The position numbers were made by a program, and so were the translations under genes. Below are positions 1-9,724 of a stretch of 64,000 nucleotides of DNA, piece after piece (the stretch's first letter is position 1; each line of letters opens with the position of its first letter). The stretch spans positions 651-64,650 of the forward strand of contig JAZLJK010000044.1 in the NCBI GenBank assembly GCA_045617865.1, written 5' to 3'. The notes under the pieces were generated by a model that worked only from the letters and a program-made list of their open reading frames with translations, was not told the DNA's origin and did not search any database. Source of the stretch: Bacteroidales bacterium (GTDB taxonomy: Bacteria > Bacteroidota > Bacteroidia > Bacteroidales > UBA932).

Positions 1-871
1 TGCGAAGGACTTCATGATCGGTCTGTACTTCTCAAAGCCCGACTGGCACAGTGAGTATTACTGGAACCCCTACTTCGCGACAGGCGACAGGAACCAGAAC
101 TACAACCGTGAGAAGCACCCCGACTGGTGGAAGAAATACACAGAATATGTAGCCAACCAGATGGACGAGATCACCAGCAACTATGGCAACATCGACATGC
201 TCTGGATTGACGGAGGATGGCTGCCGGGCAGCTGGATCAACCTTGACGAAATCATTGACAAGGCACGTGTGAAGAACCCCGGCATGATTTCAGCCGACCG
301 TTACGGCGGAAAGAACGAGGACTTCCAGACTCCTGAGCTTTATGTTCCCGACGGACAGTACAACTATCCCTGGGAGTGCAGCTTCAACCTCAACGGCATG
401 TGGGCATACGTTCCCGACCGTCCCTACAGCAGCTGGCAGACACTTGTATGCAAGCTTGCTGAAATCACCGCGAAAGGCGGCAACATGATGGTCGGCATCG
501 GTCCCACAAAAGAGGGGGAGATCCACCCCGATGCAGAGAAAGTTCTGCGCGAAATGGGAAAATGGATGAAAGCCAACGGAGAAGCCATCTACTACACCAC
601 CACCACTCCCCACTACCGCGACGGCAAGGACAACAACATCTGGTTCAACTCAAGCAAAGACCACAAGACACTCTATGCAATCTTTGCAATTGACGAGAAA
701 GGAACAGTGCCCGCAACCATCGAGTGGAGCGAGAACATCCCTGTGGGCAAGATGACAATGGTATCAACAGGCAAGACTGTAAAATACACCGTCAAGGACG
801 GAAAGGTCACAGTCAATGTACCCAAAGGCACAGAAGGTCCCTTCGCCCTCAAGTTCAATGTAAGCAAATAA
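1..871 (+). CDS. alpha-L-fucosidase (GH29-like), 5' end cut by window edge
   Basis: The frame stays open from base 2 (AKDF precedes the listed Met at 14). Motifs YFSKPDWHSEYYW and NIDMLWIDGGW match what I recognise from GH29 fucosidases. Stop TAA at 869-871. Confidence 0.8.
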   Translation, partial: AKDFMIGLYFSKPDWHSEYYWNPYFATGDRNQNYNREKHPDWWKKYTEYVANQMDEITSNYGNIDMLWIDGGWLPGSWINLDEIIDKARVKNPGMISADRYGGKNEDFQTPELYVPDGQYNYPWECSFNLNGMWAYVPDRPYSSWQTLVCKLAEITAKGGNMMVGIGPTKEGEIHPDAEKVLREMGKWMKANGEAIYYTTTTPHYRDGKDNNIWFNSSKDHKTLYAIFAIDEKGTVPATIEWSENIPVGKMTMVSTGKTVKYTVKDGKVTVNVPKGTEGPFALKFNVSK

Positions 872-876
872 CAGTC

Positions 877-2745
877 TTACTCTCTTGATAAAGAATAGAG
901 GTCTGCATCTTTCATGCGGACCTTTATTTTATATGTGCCTTCGGATGGAAGATCAAATGCACAGTGCGCCACCGAGTCACCCTCCAGACGCACTTTCTTT
1001 ATGGTACGGCCCGACCCGTCTGTCAGACAGACTTTCATACCGCCGCGGATGTCGGCATTGACCATCAGAGTTCCGCCACCCTCGATCTCCCTTGTGACAA
1101 GTTTGCCGGTGCGACGACCCGCCACGGCGGCATACCAGCCGTCTGCACGGAACTTGAGAATCCCCACCGATGCACGCGGATGGCGCATGCTTTCTGAAAT
1201 GCCTTCATATCCGCCATACTCTTCGAAACGGGCGAACCGCTCCGCCAGGTTGCGGCCCTCAAACTCAGCCCGTATCACCTCCGGTGTAAAACCCTCCAGG
1301 CTGGCGATGCCCTTCCAGTAACCGGCTTCGGGATAGAAATGAGGCCAGGCCTGTCCCTGCACCGCCTGACAGCACCAGTTTCCGCTGCGGTAGATATTCG
1401 TACCGCAGAACATATCGTTATAGAAAGCTCCGTCCTTTTCTGTAACACGCACGAAATGACTGCCGGGCACACGGTAGAAGTCCACGCCGTTGCGGCTATA
1501 GGTTATATCAAGATATATCTGCTGATAATCTGTGTCATACGCATTGATGTATCCAATGTAGACGCCTGCATCCGCATCATACCTTACAGTGAGACCGTAG
1601 TGCTGACATGCCGGGCTGTCCAGCGGGCTTATCACATGCTCATACTTCCAGTTCACACCGTCTCGGGTGCTGTAGAGTGTGGCAAGACGCGCCGCATTGT
1701 GCAACACGTCAAAAGGAGTGTCGAACGGATAAAACCGGCGCACTGCCTGTCCCTGGATGTGATAAAGGGTTCTGCCGTCGGCGCTGAACCACGAATTGCC
1801 GAAATTGTCATTGGTCATGAATCCGTCGTCAATCTCGTCACCGTAATATATCGGATGGTCCACAAACAGCGGCTTGTCACGAAGGAATACAACTTCACCC
1901 GTTGAAGTACGCGCCACCACCCAGTATGACCTGTCGGGCGACGGACCGAAGCCGTAGTCGGTGAAGCCATACTGATGTCGCATGATACGCACGTCCTTCA
2001 ACTCATAAGTACCGTGGCGGGCCGGATCATACAGCTCGTATTCTCTATCTTCAAGATACCCGCCGTTCAGATTGCCGAGCACACGCAACGATGAATCCGC
2101 CGGCACCGTTTCGGGAAGCGAGTCGATGGGAGTGAAAGGTCCTTCCGGAGTCTCCCCCACCACATACACATTCCTTCTTGGAGAAGAAAACACTGTGTCC
2201 GGAACATAATCCTGCTCCGACACCTTCACCACAAAACGGCCGTCAGCCAGCCTGTAAAGCTCGGGATCGATTGTCTGAAGTGCCGTGGGCGACACAGATT
2301 CTGTAGTATTGTATGCTTCTACAAGTTCTGCCCTGCCGGGGACAACGTCCACATTTCTGATTTTTGAAAAAAGCCAGCCGTCAGGGGTTACAAGCATCTT
2401 TTTCTGGCATACAGGGCCAACAGGCAGCTGTGGCTCCGGCAGCCGGTCTATCCTCAGCATTCTCTTCAGTGTGTCTGCACCAATATTGAAAAATGCATCA
2501 TAGCGTCCCGCAGGAAGAGACGGTATGTTCTTTTCTATCCAATATGTATGGCTGCCAGCGTCGAGAGCAAAGGAGCCGCAGTCATATTCACTGCCGGTCT
2601 CAACAGACCGAAGCATCACTGAAGCTTCTGAAACACAGTCATCCGGAGACACTTCAACCACCACGTCAACCTTTTCGGGATTCCTGTAGAAAGGCATCCG
2701 GAACTCGGCCTGAACCATAAGCATAAAAAGCAGGTAGAACATCAT
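877..2745 (-). CDS. exported hypothetical protein (~620 aa), function unknown
   Basis: Long uninterrupted ORF. The listed start at 2763 is GTG. The first ATGs (2745/2742) give a hydrophobic signal-like N-terminus, MMFYLLFMLMVQA. I recognise no family. It is convergent with the fucosidase, 5 nt apart. Confidence 0.6.
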   Translation of the reverse strand: MMFYLLFMLMVQAEFRMPFYRNPEKVDVVVEVSPDDCVSEASVMLRSVETGSEYDCGSFALDAGSHTYWIEKNIPSLPAGRYDAFFNIGADTLKRMLRIDRLPEPQLPVGPVCQKKMLVTPDGWLFSKIRNVDVVPGRAELVEAYNTTESVSPTALQTIDPELYRLADGRFVVKVSEQDYVPDTVFSSPRRNVYVVGETPEGPFTPIDSLPETVPADSSLRVLGNLNGGYLEDREYELYDPARHGTYELKDVRIMRHQYGFTDYGFGPSPDRSYWVVARTSTGEVVFLRDKPLFVDHPIYYGDEIDDGFMTNDNFGNSWFSADGRTLYHIQGQAVRRFYPFDTPFDVLHNAARLATLYSTRDGVNWKYEHVISPLDSPACQHYGLTVRYDADAGVYIGYINAYDTDYQQIYLDITYSRNGVDFYRVPGSHFVRVTEKDGAFYNDMFCGTNIYRSGNWCCQAVQGQAWPHFYPEAGYWKGIASLEGFTPEVIRAEFEGRNLAERFARFEEYGGYEGISESMRHPRASVGILKFRADGWYAAVAGRRTGKLVTREIEGGGTLMVNADIRGGMKVCLTDGSGRTIKKVRLEGDSVAHCAFDLPSEGTYKIKVRMKDADLYSLSRE

Positions 2746-2811
2746 TTCAAAGCAATTTTTCACAATTATAGGAATTTTTGTGTAAATTTACGCTTTAATA
2801 CCTTAGAACCT

Positions 2812-4920
2812 ATGAGGCAATTCTTACTGTTCATTCTGATGATGGCTGCACCGCTTGTGGCCGGCTGCACCGATTACCAACCAGGGCTGGACAACCTGCA
2901 GAAGCAGATCGACGAGCTCACAACCGACTGCAACAAAGCAAATTCAAATGCAGAATCACTGCAGAAAATGATTGAAGCCATCAGCAGCAACGAGTCTGCT
3001 GTTTCATACACTGCCGTCAAGGAAGGAGGCAGTGTCGTGGGGTTCAAGATCAATTTTTCAGAATCCGGCGAGGTCACTGTCTACAACAGCACCTGCGCCC
3101 TTTCAGTAATCAAGCAGGACGGCAGATACTGGTGGGCCGAGAATGGAGAACCTCTTATGATTGACGGCAGAAAGGTTGAGATTTCCAAAGAAAGCGCCGC
3201 ACCACAGTTCAAAGTAGAAGGCAACACACTGAAGATGTCGCTCGACGGCGGAGCCACCTGGGCAGATGCAGCCTCCCTTCCGCAGGAAAGCGTGACAGGC
3301 ATTACTGACAGCCAGTATGCAATCACCGTGACACTTGCCGACGGCAGCAGCATCGTAATTGAAAAGGCAGATGTGTTCGGACTTGAATTCGCCGCTCCCG
3401 ACATGATAATAACGAAAGACAGTCCTTCTGTCTCCGTTCCCTATAGAGTCACAGGAAGCATAGAGACTCCAGAGGTCCAGGTTATCGCACCCGACGGCTG
3501 GCTGGCAAAAGCGCAGCACACATCAGACTTTGAAGGAGTGATAACCGTCACAGCCACAGACCCCTGCAACAGCAGCCCGGTCTGCGCCACATTGTCGGAC
3601 GGCCATGGCAAAGTGATTGTCGAGGCCATCCCCCTCACAGTTGACATCGAAAGCTTTACCAACCCGCAGGAGCCCGTACAGTCCGCGAAAATGCCGATAC
3701 TGGCATGGGCGGGTCTTGCGGCACATGCATCCCAGCAGGGGTACAAAGACATGGCAGCGGCAGGTTTCACCCTCAATATGCCTCACGCCCTCTACAGCAC
3801 AGACCAGGTTGCACTCTTCAACGAAGAGATGACGGAGGTTACAGGATTCGACACAGTCGAAGACCGTTTCCAGAAAATAATGGATGCCGCCACCGGTACA
3901 GGCATCAAGCAGGTGATATATGCTCCCGTAGGCTCCAGCGACGAAGCCATCCTGAGATTCATCAACAAATGGAAAGACCATCCCGCATTCGGCGGCTACC
4001 AGACACGCGACGAACCCGAGCCGGGCGACACCGAGACATTCCTCAAGATGGCCCATTTCAAAGAGCTTGCATACGCCAACGACCCCGACCACTTCTGCTT
4101 CTTCAACATGCGTGAGTGCTACACCCACGAGGAATCGTGGTATGAAAACCATATCAACGAACTGCTCACCATTGTGAAGCCCGATTTCTATGCCTTCGAC
4201 AGCTACCCCTGCCTGATCAACGACAAGGTAGATGCCCACTGGTACAAATCACTTGAGGTCAACAGCCGCCTCTCAAAGCAGAACGGCATCAGTTTCTGGG
4301 GATTCGCCAACGCATGCCAGTTCGACAACAATGTTGTAAAAAGCGATACCAAAGCATATCCCAATGTGGCCAACATCCGCCTTCAGCAGTATTCAAACCT
4401 CGCCTACGGCGCCCAGGGGCTCTGCTACTTCATGTTCGAGCTTCTCATAGGCAACAACTTCGGAGGCACCGTCACCCCGGGCCACACTTCAGCAATCCAG
4501 CCCGACGGGTCATATACAGACATCTACGATGCCATTTCTACAGTAAACAACGAGATCCAGAACCTGGCACACATATTCCTCGGCTGCAATGTAACATCGG
4601 TCCGCCACACTTCCGACCGCCGTTTCCAGCCGCCTGTCCCCTATTCCACCACAAAATTCATGGAAGAGGACTATCCGGCAGAGCTTGACGACTACACCGT
4701 GGAGGTGAAGAAACCTGTACTCATCTCGCAGTTCACCAACGGAGGCCACCGGTATATGATGGTGGTCAACAAATCATTCAGCGAGACCGACGACGTGTCG
4801 TTCACATTCAACAAAGACATCTGGCAGGTCAACAAAGACGGATCCGTCAGCACAGTTGCAAAAGGTGTATTCCAGAAAACCATGGACCCGGGCGACGCAC
4901 TCATTTTCAGACTTGATTAA
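2812..4920 (+). CDS. surface lipoprotein: N-terminal coiled-coil/beta module plus C-terminal glycosidase-like (TIM-barrel-like) domain
   Basis: Lipobox MRQFLLFILMMAAPLVAGC. The N-module (LQKQIDEL..SLQKMIEAISS..TVYN..YWWAENGEPL..APQFKVEGNTLKMSLDGGATW) is shared with the 4931 ORF. The C-terminal ~400 aa are paralogous to the 14004 ORF (KDHPAFGGYQTRDEPEP, AFDSYPC, AYGAQGLCYF, NGGHRYMMVVN). Confidence 0.8.
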   Translation: MRQFLLFILMMAAPLVAGCTDYQPGLDNLQKQIDELTTDCNKANSNAESLQKMIEAISSNESAVSYTAVKEGGSVVGFKINFSESGEVTVYNSTCALSVIKQDGRYWWAENGEPLMIDGRKVEISKESAAPQFKVEGNTLKMSLDGGATWADAASLPQESVTGITDSQYAITVTLADGSSIVIEKADVFGLEFAAPDMIITKDSPSVSVPYRVTGSIETPEVQVIAPDGWLAKAQHTSDFEGVITVTATDPCNSSPVCATLSDGHGKVIVEAIPLTVDIESFTNPQEPVQSAKMPILAWAGLAAHASQQGYKDMAAAGFTLNMPHALYSTDQVALFNEEMTEVTGFDTVEDRFQKIMDAATGTGIKQVIYAPVGSSDEAILRFINKWKDHPAFGGYQTRDEPEPGDTETFLKMAHFKELAYANDPDHFCFFNMRECYTHEESWYENHINELLTIVKPDFYAFDSYPCLINDKVDAHWYKSLEVNSRLSKQNGISFWGFANACQFDNNVVKSDTKAYPNVANIRLQQYSNLAYGAQGLCYFMFELLIGNNFGGTVTPGHTSAIQPDGSYTDIYDAISTVNNEIQNLAHIFLGCNVTSVRHTSDRRFQPPVPYSTTKFMEEDYPAELDDYTVEVKKPVLISQFTNGGHRYMMVVNKSFSETDDVSFTFNKDIWQVNKDGSVSTVAKGVFQKTMDPGDALIFRLD

Positions 4921-4930
4921 TTTGAAATAA

Positions 4931-7357
4931 ATGAAGACAAATATGAAGAGAATCTTATCAATCATCGCACTGGCATCTATGCTGGTGGCATCCTGTCAGA
5001 ATTACGACCAGGACATCGAGTCAATGCAGAAAGAGCTTGATGCAATCAAGACAGCAGCAACAGACTTCAACTCCAACATGGAGTCACTGCAGCAGATTGT
5101 AAACGCAATCAGCAGCGGCGACAAGGTCGAGAGCATCACACCTGTCGAAAAGAACGGGGCCGTTGCCGGATATACCGTCAAGTTCAAGAATGCAGGCAGC
5201 GTCACTGTCTACAACAACCCGGCAGCCATCACTGTAGGGGAAGACAACGGCAGCTACTACTGGAAGACTGGAAGTGAGTGGCTCAAGGATGCGGATGGCA
5301 ACCGCATAGGCATTGTTGGAGAAAACGCAGCCGTGCCGCAGTTCAAGATTGAGAATGACAACCTGTTGTATTCTGTTGACAACGGCGCGAACTGGAGCAA
5401 TGCCGGCAGCGTGGCAAAGAATCTTATTGAAAGTGTGACTGAAGATGCAGCGGCAGTGTATTTCAAGCTCGCAGGCGGACAGACCATCACTCTCCCCAAG
5501 GAGCAGGCATTCTCAATTTCTTTCTCAGGCTGCCCGCAGTCGATGAAAGCCGGTGAAACCGCCACTGTTACTTATTCAGTGACAGGAGCAACCGACAATA
5601 TCTTCATCAGAACATACACTCAGGCAGGCTGGAAGGCAGTCATCAGTGAGACTTCAGCGTCGGCCGGGACAATCGCTGTCACCGCACCGGACCCAATCAC
5701 AGAATTCCCTGTGCTCGTGCTTCTCTCTGACAACAAGGGCAAAGCGGTTGTAACAGCCATTCCTCTGGGAAGTGCAGACCACGGAGGTGACACACCCGAC
5801 ACTCCAGACACACCCGATGTTCCGGACGAGCCCGTGGAGGACCCAGTCCTTACAACATCCCTCACAGCATATGAGGTTTCATACGAAGGCGGTGACATAT
5901 CTGTAACCGTTTCAACCAACCTCGACTATACCGTATCAGTCAGCGAAGAGTGGATCCACGCCGAAGACACAAAGGCAGTACGAGAGGATGTCCTCTCATT
6001 CTTCGTGGACGAGAATGATTCATACGAATCACGCACCGCCACCATCACATTTGCAAAAGACAGCTACTCGGCATCAGTGGTTGTACTCCAGGAAGGCAAG
6101 CCCGGAAGCGAAGATCCCTCTGACCTCCCCTACAGCCACGATCTTTCAGCAAACGGCATCGCCAACTGCTACATTGTCATCGAGGCCGGCGACGACTATT
6201 CATTCGAATGCAAGTATTACGGAAACGGCCAGGACGGTATCCTTGAGTGCGAAGACGACCCCGACGGCGTTGAGTTCCACACCGACGATGCCTCCATCTC
6301 ATCTGTAGGCAAGCCTGCTGCTGCAGACGTCATCTGGCAGAAAGACGCCAACAACCAGAACACCACCACCATGATAACCGATGTCAAGTATGACAAAGAC
6401 AAGAAGGTCATCACTTTCAAGTCTGACGGAACAAAAGGAAATGCAATCATCGGTGTGTATGACAAATACGACGAACTTCTCTGGAGCTGGCACATCTGGT
6501 GCACCGAGATGCCGAAGAGCATCAAGTATTATTCTTCATGTTATGAAGTCGACTATTATGTGATGGACCGAAACCTCGGAGCCACATCATGCGACGCAGC
6601 AGACGGAAGGAAGACTTTCGGAGCACACTACCAGTGGGGCCGCAAGGATCCGTTCCTCCTTCACGCAGGATGGAGAGACGACATGGTCGACAATCCCGAC
6701 AACTCTCTCTATTCAGCCATAACGATGCCCGACAAGGCTTTCAGGGGTGAGACACGCTCCAACGACTGGATGGGCACCCGCAGCAACCACACAAACCACT
6801 ACCTCTGGGGCAACTGCGAAGCAGAGGAGATTGTTGAAACTGCAGAAACAGTGAAGACAATCTACGACCCCTGCCCCGCCGGTTATATGGTTCCTTCCAC
6901 AGATGTATTCCAGGACCTCTCTCCTGATGACATACAGACAGCCGAGCAGGGCTTCTATGTGGCTGCCGCCGACGGACAGCAGCTGTTCTTCCCCTATGCC
7001 GGTATCGGTGACAAGGGTGACAACGGACACACATACGACGGATGGTACGCATACTGGGGAGAAAGCCCCGCACAGTCTGGAAAGTCAGACTCCATCTGCC
7101 ACGGCACACTCACATTCTCATGCTGGTTCAACGCCTGCGCGCACACATTCGGCACAGGTCCGGCAGCATCAGGTTCCCCCGATGGAGGTTCAGGCATGTC
7201 AATCGACACTGCAATACCCCAGGCTTATTCTAACGGTCAGGACATCGCCGTCCACATCAGCCCCAATTTCATAGACTACTGGGGCCAGTACTTCAGCGGC
7301 TATCTCCGCCCCACCCTCAGAAGCGTGCGCTGCGTGAGAATCCCTTCTGCAGAATAA
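4931..7357 (+). CDS. surface lipoprotein: coiled-coil/beta N-module, BACON-like Ig domain, FISUMP-like (Fibrobacter succinogenes major paralogous) C-terminal domain
   Basis: Lipobox SMLVASC. The N-module parallels the 2812 ORF. The segment YEVSYEGGDISVTVSTNLDYTVSVSEEWIH..RTATITF is BACON-like. It also carries a Pro/Asp/Thr linker (DTPDTPDTPDVPDEP) and the motifs WSWHIWC, HYQWGRKDPF and IYDPCPAGYMVP. Confidence 0.8.
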   Translation: MKTNMKRILSIIALASMLVASCQNYDQDIESMQKELDAIKTAATDFNSNMESLQQIVNAISSGDKVESITPVEKNGAVAGYTVKFKNAGSVTVYNNPAAITVGEDNGSYYWKTGSEWLKDADGNRIGIVGENAAVPQFKIENDNLLYSVDNGANWSNAGSVAKNLIESVTEDAAAVYFKLAGGQTITLPKEQAFSISFSGCPQSMKAGETATVTYSVTGATDNIFIRTYTQAGWKAVISETSASAGTIAVTAPDPITEFPVLVLLSDNKGKAVVTAIPLGSADHGGDTPDTPDTPDVPDEPVEDPVLTTSLTAYEVSYEGGDISVTVSTNLDYTVSVSEEWIHAEDTKAVREDVLSFFVDENDSYESRTATITFAKDSYSASVVVLQEGKPGSEDPSDLPYSHDLSANGIANCYIVIEAGDDYSFECKYYGNGQDGILECEDDPDGVEFHTDDASISSVGKPAAADVIWQKDANNQNTTTMITDVKYDKDKKVITFKSDGTKGNAIIGVYDKYDELLWSWHIWCTEMPKSIKYYSSCYEVDYYVMDRNLGATSCDAADGRKTFGAHYQWGRKDPFLLHAGWRDDMVDNPDNSLYSAITMPDKAFRGETRSNDWMGTRSNHTNHYLWGNCEAEEIVETAETVKTIYDPCPAGYMVPSTDVFQDLSPDDIQTAEQGFYVAAADGQQLFFPYAGIGDKGDNGHTYDGWYAYWGESPAQSGKSDSICHGTLTFSCWFNACAHTFGTGPAASGSPDGGSGMSIDTAIPQAYSNGQDIAVHISPNFIDYWGQYFSGYLRPTLRSVRCVRIPSAE

Positions 7358-7413
7358 TTAAAAAAAAATAATATCTTTGTAATCAGAATTCAAACCTAAT
7401 AACTAACAGTATT

Positions 7414-7806
7414 ATGAAAAAATTCCTTTTTGTAATCGTTGCTCTCGTAGCAGGCGCAATCTCTATGAATGCAGCCAACTACACTGTTGACGACGCATCA
7501 ATCGACGCATTGTTTGAGAATGCAGAAATGGTTGAGGCTTCTGCAGCAGCAGAGACAGCAGCTGTTCTCACTTCAGGCAGCAACACCACCATCATCGCAT
7601 GGGTTATCGACACCATCGGACTCGGCTTCTTCGGAATCCACCGCATGATTCTCGGTTCCACCAACCTGATGTGGCTCATCTACACCATCACAGCCGGCGG
7701 TATCTTCGGTATCGTTCCTCTGGTTGACTGGGTTGTGCTGCTCATTGACGTTGTAAACGGCACAGACTCTTACATCGGCAATCCCAAATTCCTGATGTGG
7801 GCATAA
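7414..7806 (+). CDS. TM2-domain-like small membrane protein
   Basis: Signal-like N-terminus followed by two TM helices, with GLGFFGIHRMILG..WLIYTITAGGIFGIVPLVDWVVLLID resembling the TM2 domain. Confidence 0.6.
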   Translation: MKKFLFVIVALVAGAISMNAANYTVDDASIDALFENAEMVEASAAAETAAVLTSGSNTTIIAWVIDTIGLGFFGIHRMILGSTNLMWLIYTITAGGIFGIVPLVDWVVLLIDVVNGTDSYIGNPKFLMWA

Positions 7807-7811
7807 CTGCT

Positions 7812-8525
7812 ATGACAGTACTGAAAACTATGATGAGGCCGCTCGGCCTCATCATTTTTTTAAGCTTTGCACTTCCACTGGGAGCGCAGCAGAGAGTTTC
7901 TGCCGATGTAACTGTGAAACAGGTACAGAACGGCAGGGCCAGCACCACCACAAAAAGTGTCTGCTGCACGAATGACGGCCGCATGGTAGCCATCACCCGT
8001 ACAAAAGAAGGGAAGCTTTACGTATTCACCAACATCCAGGGTGAAACGCGCATCTACAATCAGGCGCGCAACGAAGTGATGTCCGACAACAGCGGATCGG
8101 TCACCTCGACCGACGAACTCCTGCAGGTGTTCCTCCTGCAGAGAATCGATGACATGGGCTTCACAAGCCTGGGGTACAACCTGGTGAAGACAGAGCACGA
8201 AGGTGCTAACCTCAAGAAGATCTTCGAACCGAAGAACAAGGCGGCACAGTGCGCCCGCATCGAGCTGGTGATGCAGGACTACCTTCCCATATACTGTGCA
8301 TATCTCGACCGCAAGGGGAAAGTGATTACAAAGACATACTATTCGAAGTATGAACTCACCGACCGATTTATGTTCCCCCACAGAGTCACCGAAGTCACAT
8401 ATCTCAACGCAAAGGACTCTGTAGTGAAGCTCGACCTCTATTCCAACATAAAGGTCAACACTCCAGACCCCGCGTTCGACATCACAATTCCAGCCGACGC
8501 TAAAATCATCACAACAGCAAAATAA
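7812..8525 (+). CDS. exported hypothetical protein, LolA-like (outer-membrane lipoprotein-sorting-like) by C-terminal pattern
   Basis: The listed start at 7797 is GTG and overlaps the previous stop. The ATG at 7812 gives the signal MTVLKTMMRPLGLIIFLSFALPLGAQQ. The C-terminal YSNIKVNTPDPAFDITIPADAKII resembles LolA-like family endings. Confidence 0.5.
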   Translation: MTVLKTMMRPLGLIIFLSFALPLGAQQRVSADVTVKQVQNGRASTTTKSVCCTNDGRMVAITRTKEGKLYVFTNIQGETRIYNQARNEVMSDNSGSVTSTDELLQVFLLQRIDDMGFTSLGYNLVKTEHEGANLKKIFEPKNKAAQCARIELVMQDYLPIYCAYLDRKGKVITKTYYSKYELTDRFMFPHRVTEVTYLNAKDSVVKLDLYSNIKVNTPDPAFDITIPADAKIITTAK

Positions 8526-8533
8526 GACATACG

Positions 8534-9724
8534 ATGCACAGGGTGCTGAAGGTCATACTTGTTGCGGCGCTTGCCCTGTCTGCGGCAGGCAGAACCGCAC
8601 TGCTGGCTCAATCAGAGCACTGGCCCGACTCAAGCAGCATGTACATCCGCGCAACCGACGCAATAGCACGCCAGACAGGTGCCGGGCGATCCTTCTCCCC
8701 TGCATCGAACTACTACCTGCCGGCAGCAGTGAACCGGTTCGGCGTCATCGGCGGCATCCTGTCCACTTTCGACCGCATCAACCGCAGCGGACGCATAGGG
8801 ATGGCCGCCCAGAACGACTCGTTCCGTGACCCTTCCGACCACCTTCTGCACGAAAGTTTTGAAGCATACAGTTTCAAAAAAAGTTCCGAGGCAGAACAAA
8901 CACCCCTTCACATAGAAATCACCCCCATCGCACCCGGCAGCGGCAATGCCGGCGGCGACTGGTCATTCATAAACTACCTCCTGGAATCGGGGATGAAGCG
9001 CGACGCTGCGGCAATCCTCTTCCAGAACGGGATATACGCCCCATCAGACACACTCAACTATCTCCGCGGCCTGACTGCATATTACCTCAGGGATTTCGGC
9101 ACGGCATCGTATTACCTCGGCTGCGTCGGGCAGACCTCTCCCCTTTTTGACCAGGCATTCTTCCACTCCACAGCCTCATTGATGGAGCTTGGATGCAACG
9201 CCCAGTCAGTGGCACTGCTGAACAGCTACAACGGCGCCCGCAGTGACCTTAAGCGGCTGCAGCTCGAAGCCGCATCGCTTCTTAAAGATGACTATTCTGA
9301 TTATCTGGAGTATTCCGGTTCCTCATCGGGAACCACATCATACTCTGTAATGCAGGCAGAACAGGCTCTTGCTAGAATCTACTCCGACCGCACAGGTGCG
9401 AAAGAGAAAAAGCCGTGGATCGCAGCAACCGCCTCAGCCATTGTTCCGGGTCTCGGCAAAGTGTATGCAGGCAACCTGTCAGAAGGAATAGCATCATTTC
9501 TGGTGGTTGGCTCGTTTGGCGCAGTCACAGCCGAATGCATCTCCAAGAAAGGATGCGGCGACTGGCGCAGCATCACCTTCGGTGCCATCGGGGCACTCTT
9601 CTACCTTGGCAACATATACGGCAGTTATTTTTCTGTCGAACGCATAAACTCCTACACCCATGAAGCTCAGAACCAGGCTATTATGTATAATATCCACGTT
9701 CCTCTGCGCTCTGTTCTCCGCTAG
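8534..9724 (+). CDS. exported TPR-like protein with C-terminal two-helix membrane hairpin (PGLG motif)
   Basis: Signal peptide MHRVLKVILVAALALSAAG. The C-terminus IVPGLGKVYAGNLSEGIASFLVVGSFG plus a second hydrophobic helix is paralogous to the next ORF. Confidence 0.65.
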   Translation: MHRVLKVILVAALALSAAGRTALLAQSEHWPDSSSMYIRATDAIARQTGAGRSFSPASNYYLPAAVNRFGVIGGILSTFDRINRSGRIGMAAQNDSFRDPSDHLLHESFEAYSFKKSSEAEQTPLHIEITPIAPGSGNAGGDWSFINYLLESGMKRDAAAILFQNGIYAPSDTLNYLRGLTAYYLRDFGTASYYLGCVGQTSPLFDQAFFHSTASLMELGCNAQSVALLNSYNGARSDLKRLQLEAASLLKDDYSDYLEYSGSSSGTTSYSVMQAEQALARIYSDRTGAKEKKPWIAATASAIVPGLGKVYAGNLSEGIASFLVVGSFGAVTAECISKKGCGDWRSITFGAIGALFYLGNIYGSYFSVERINSYTHEAQNQAIMYNIHVPLRSVLR

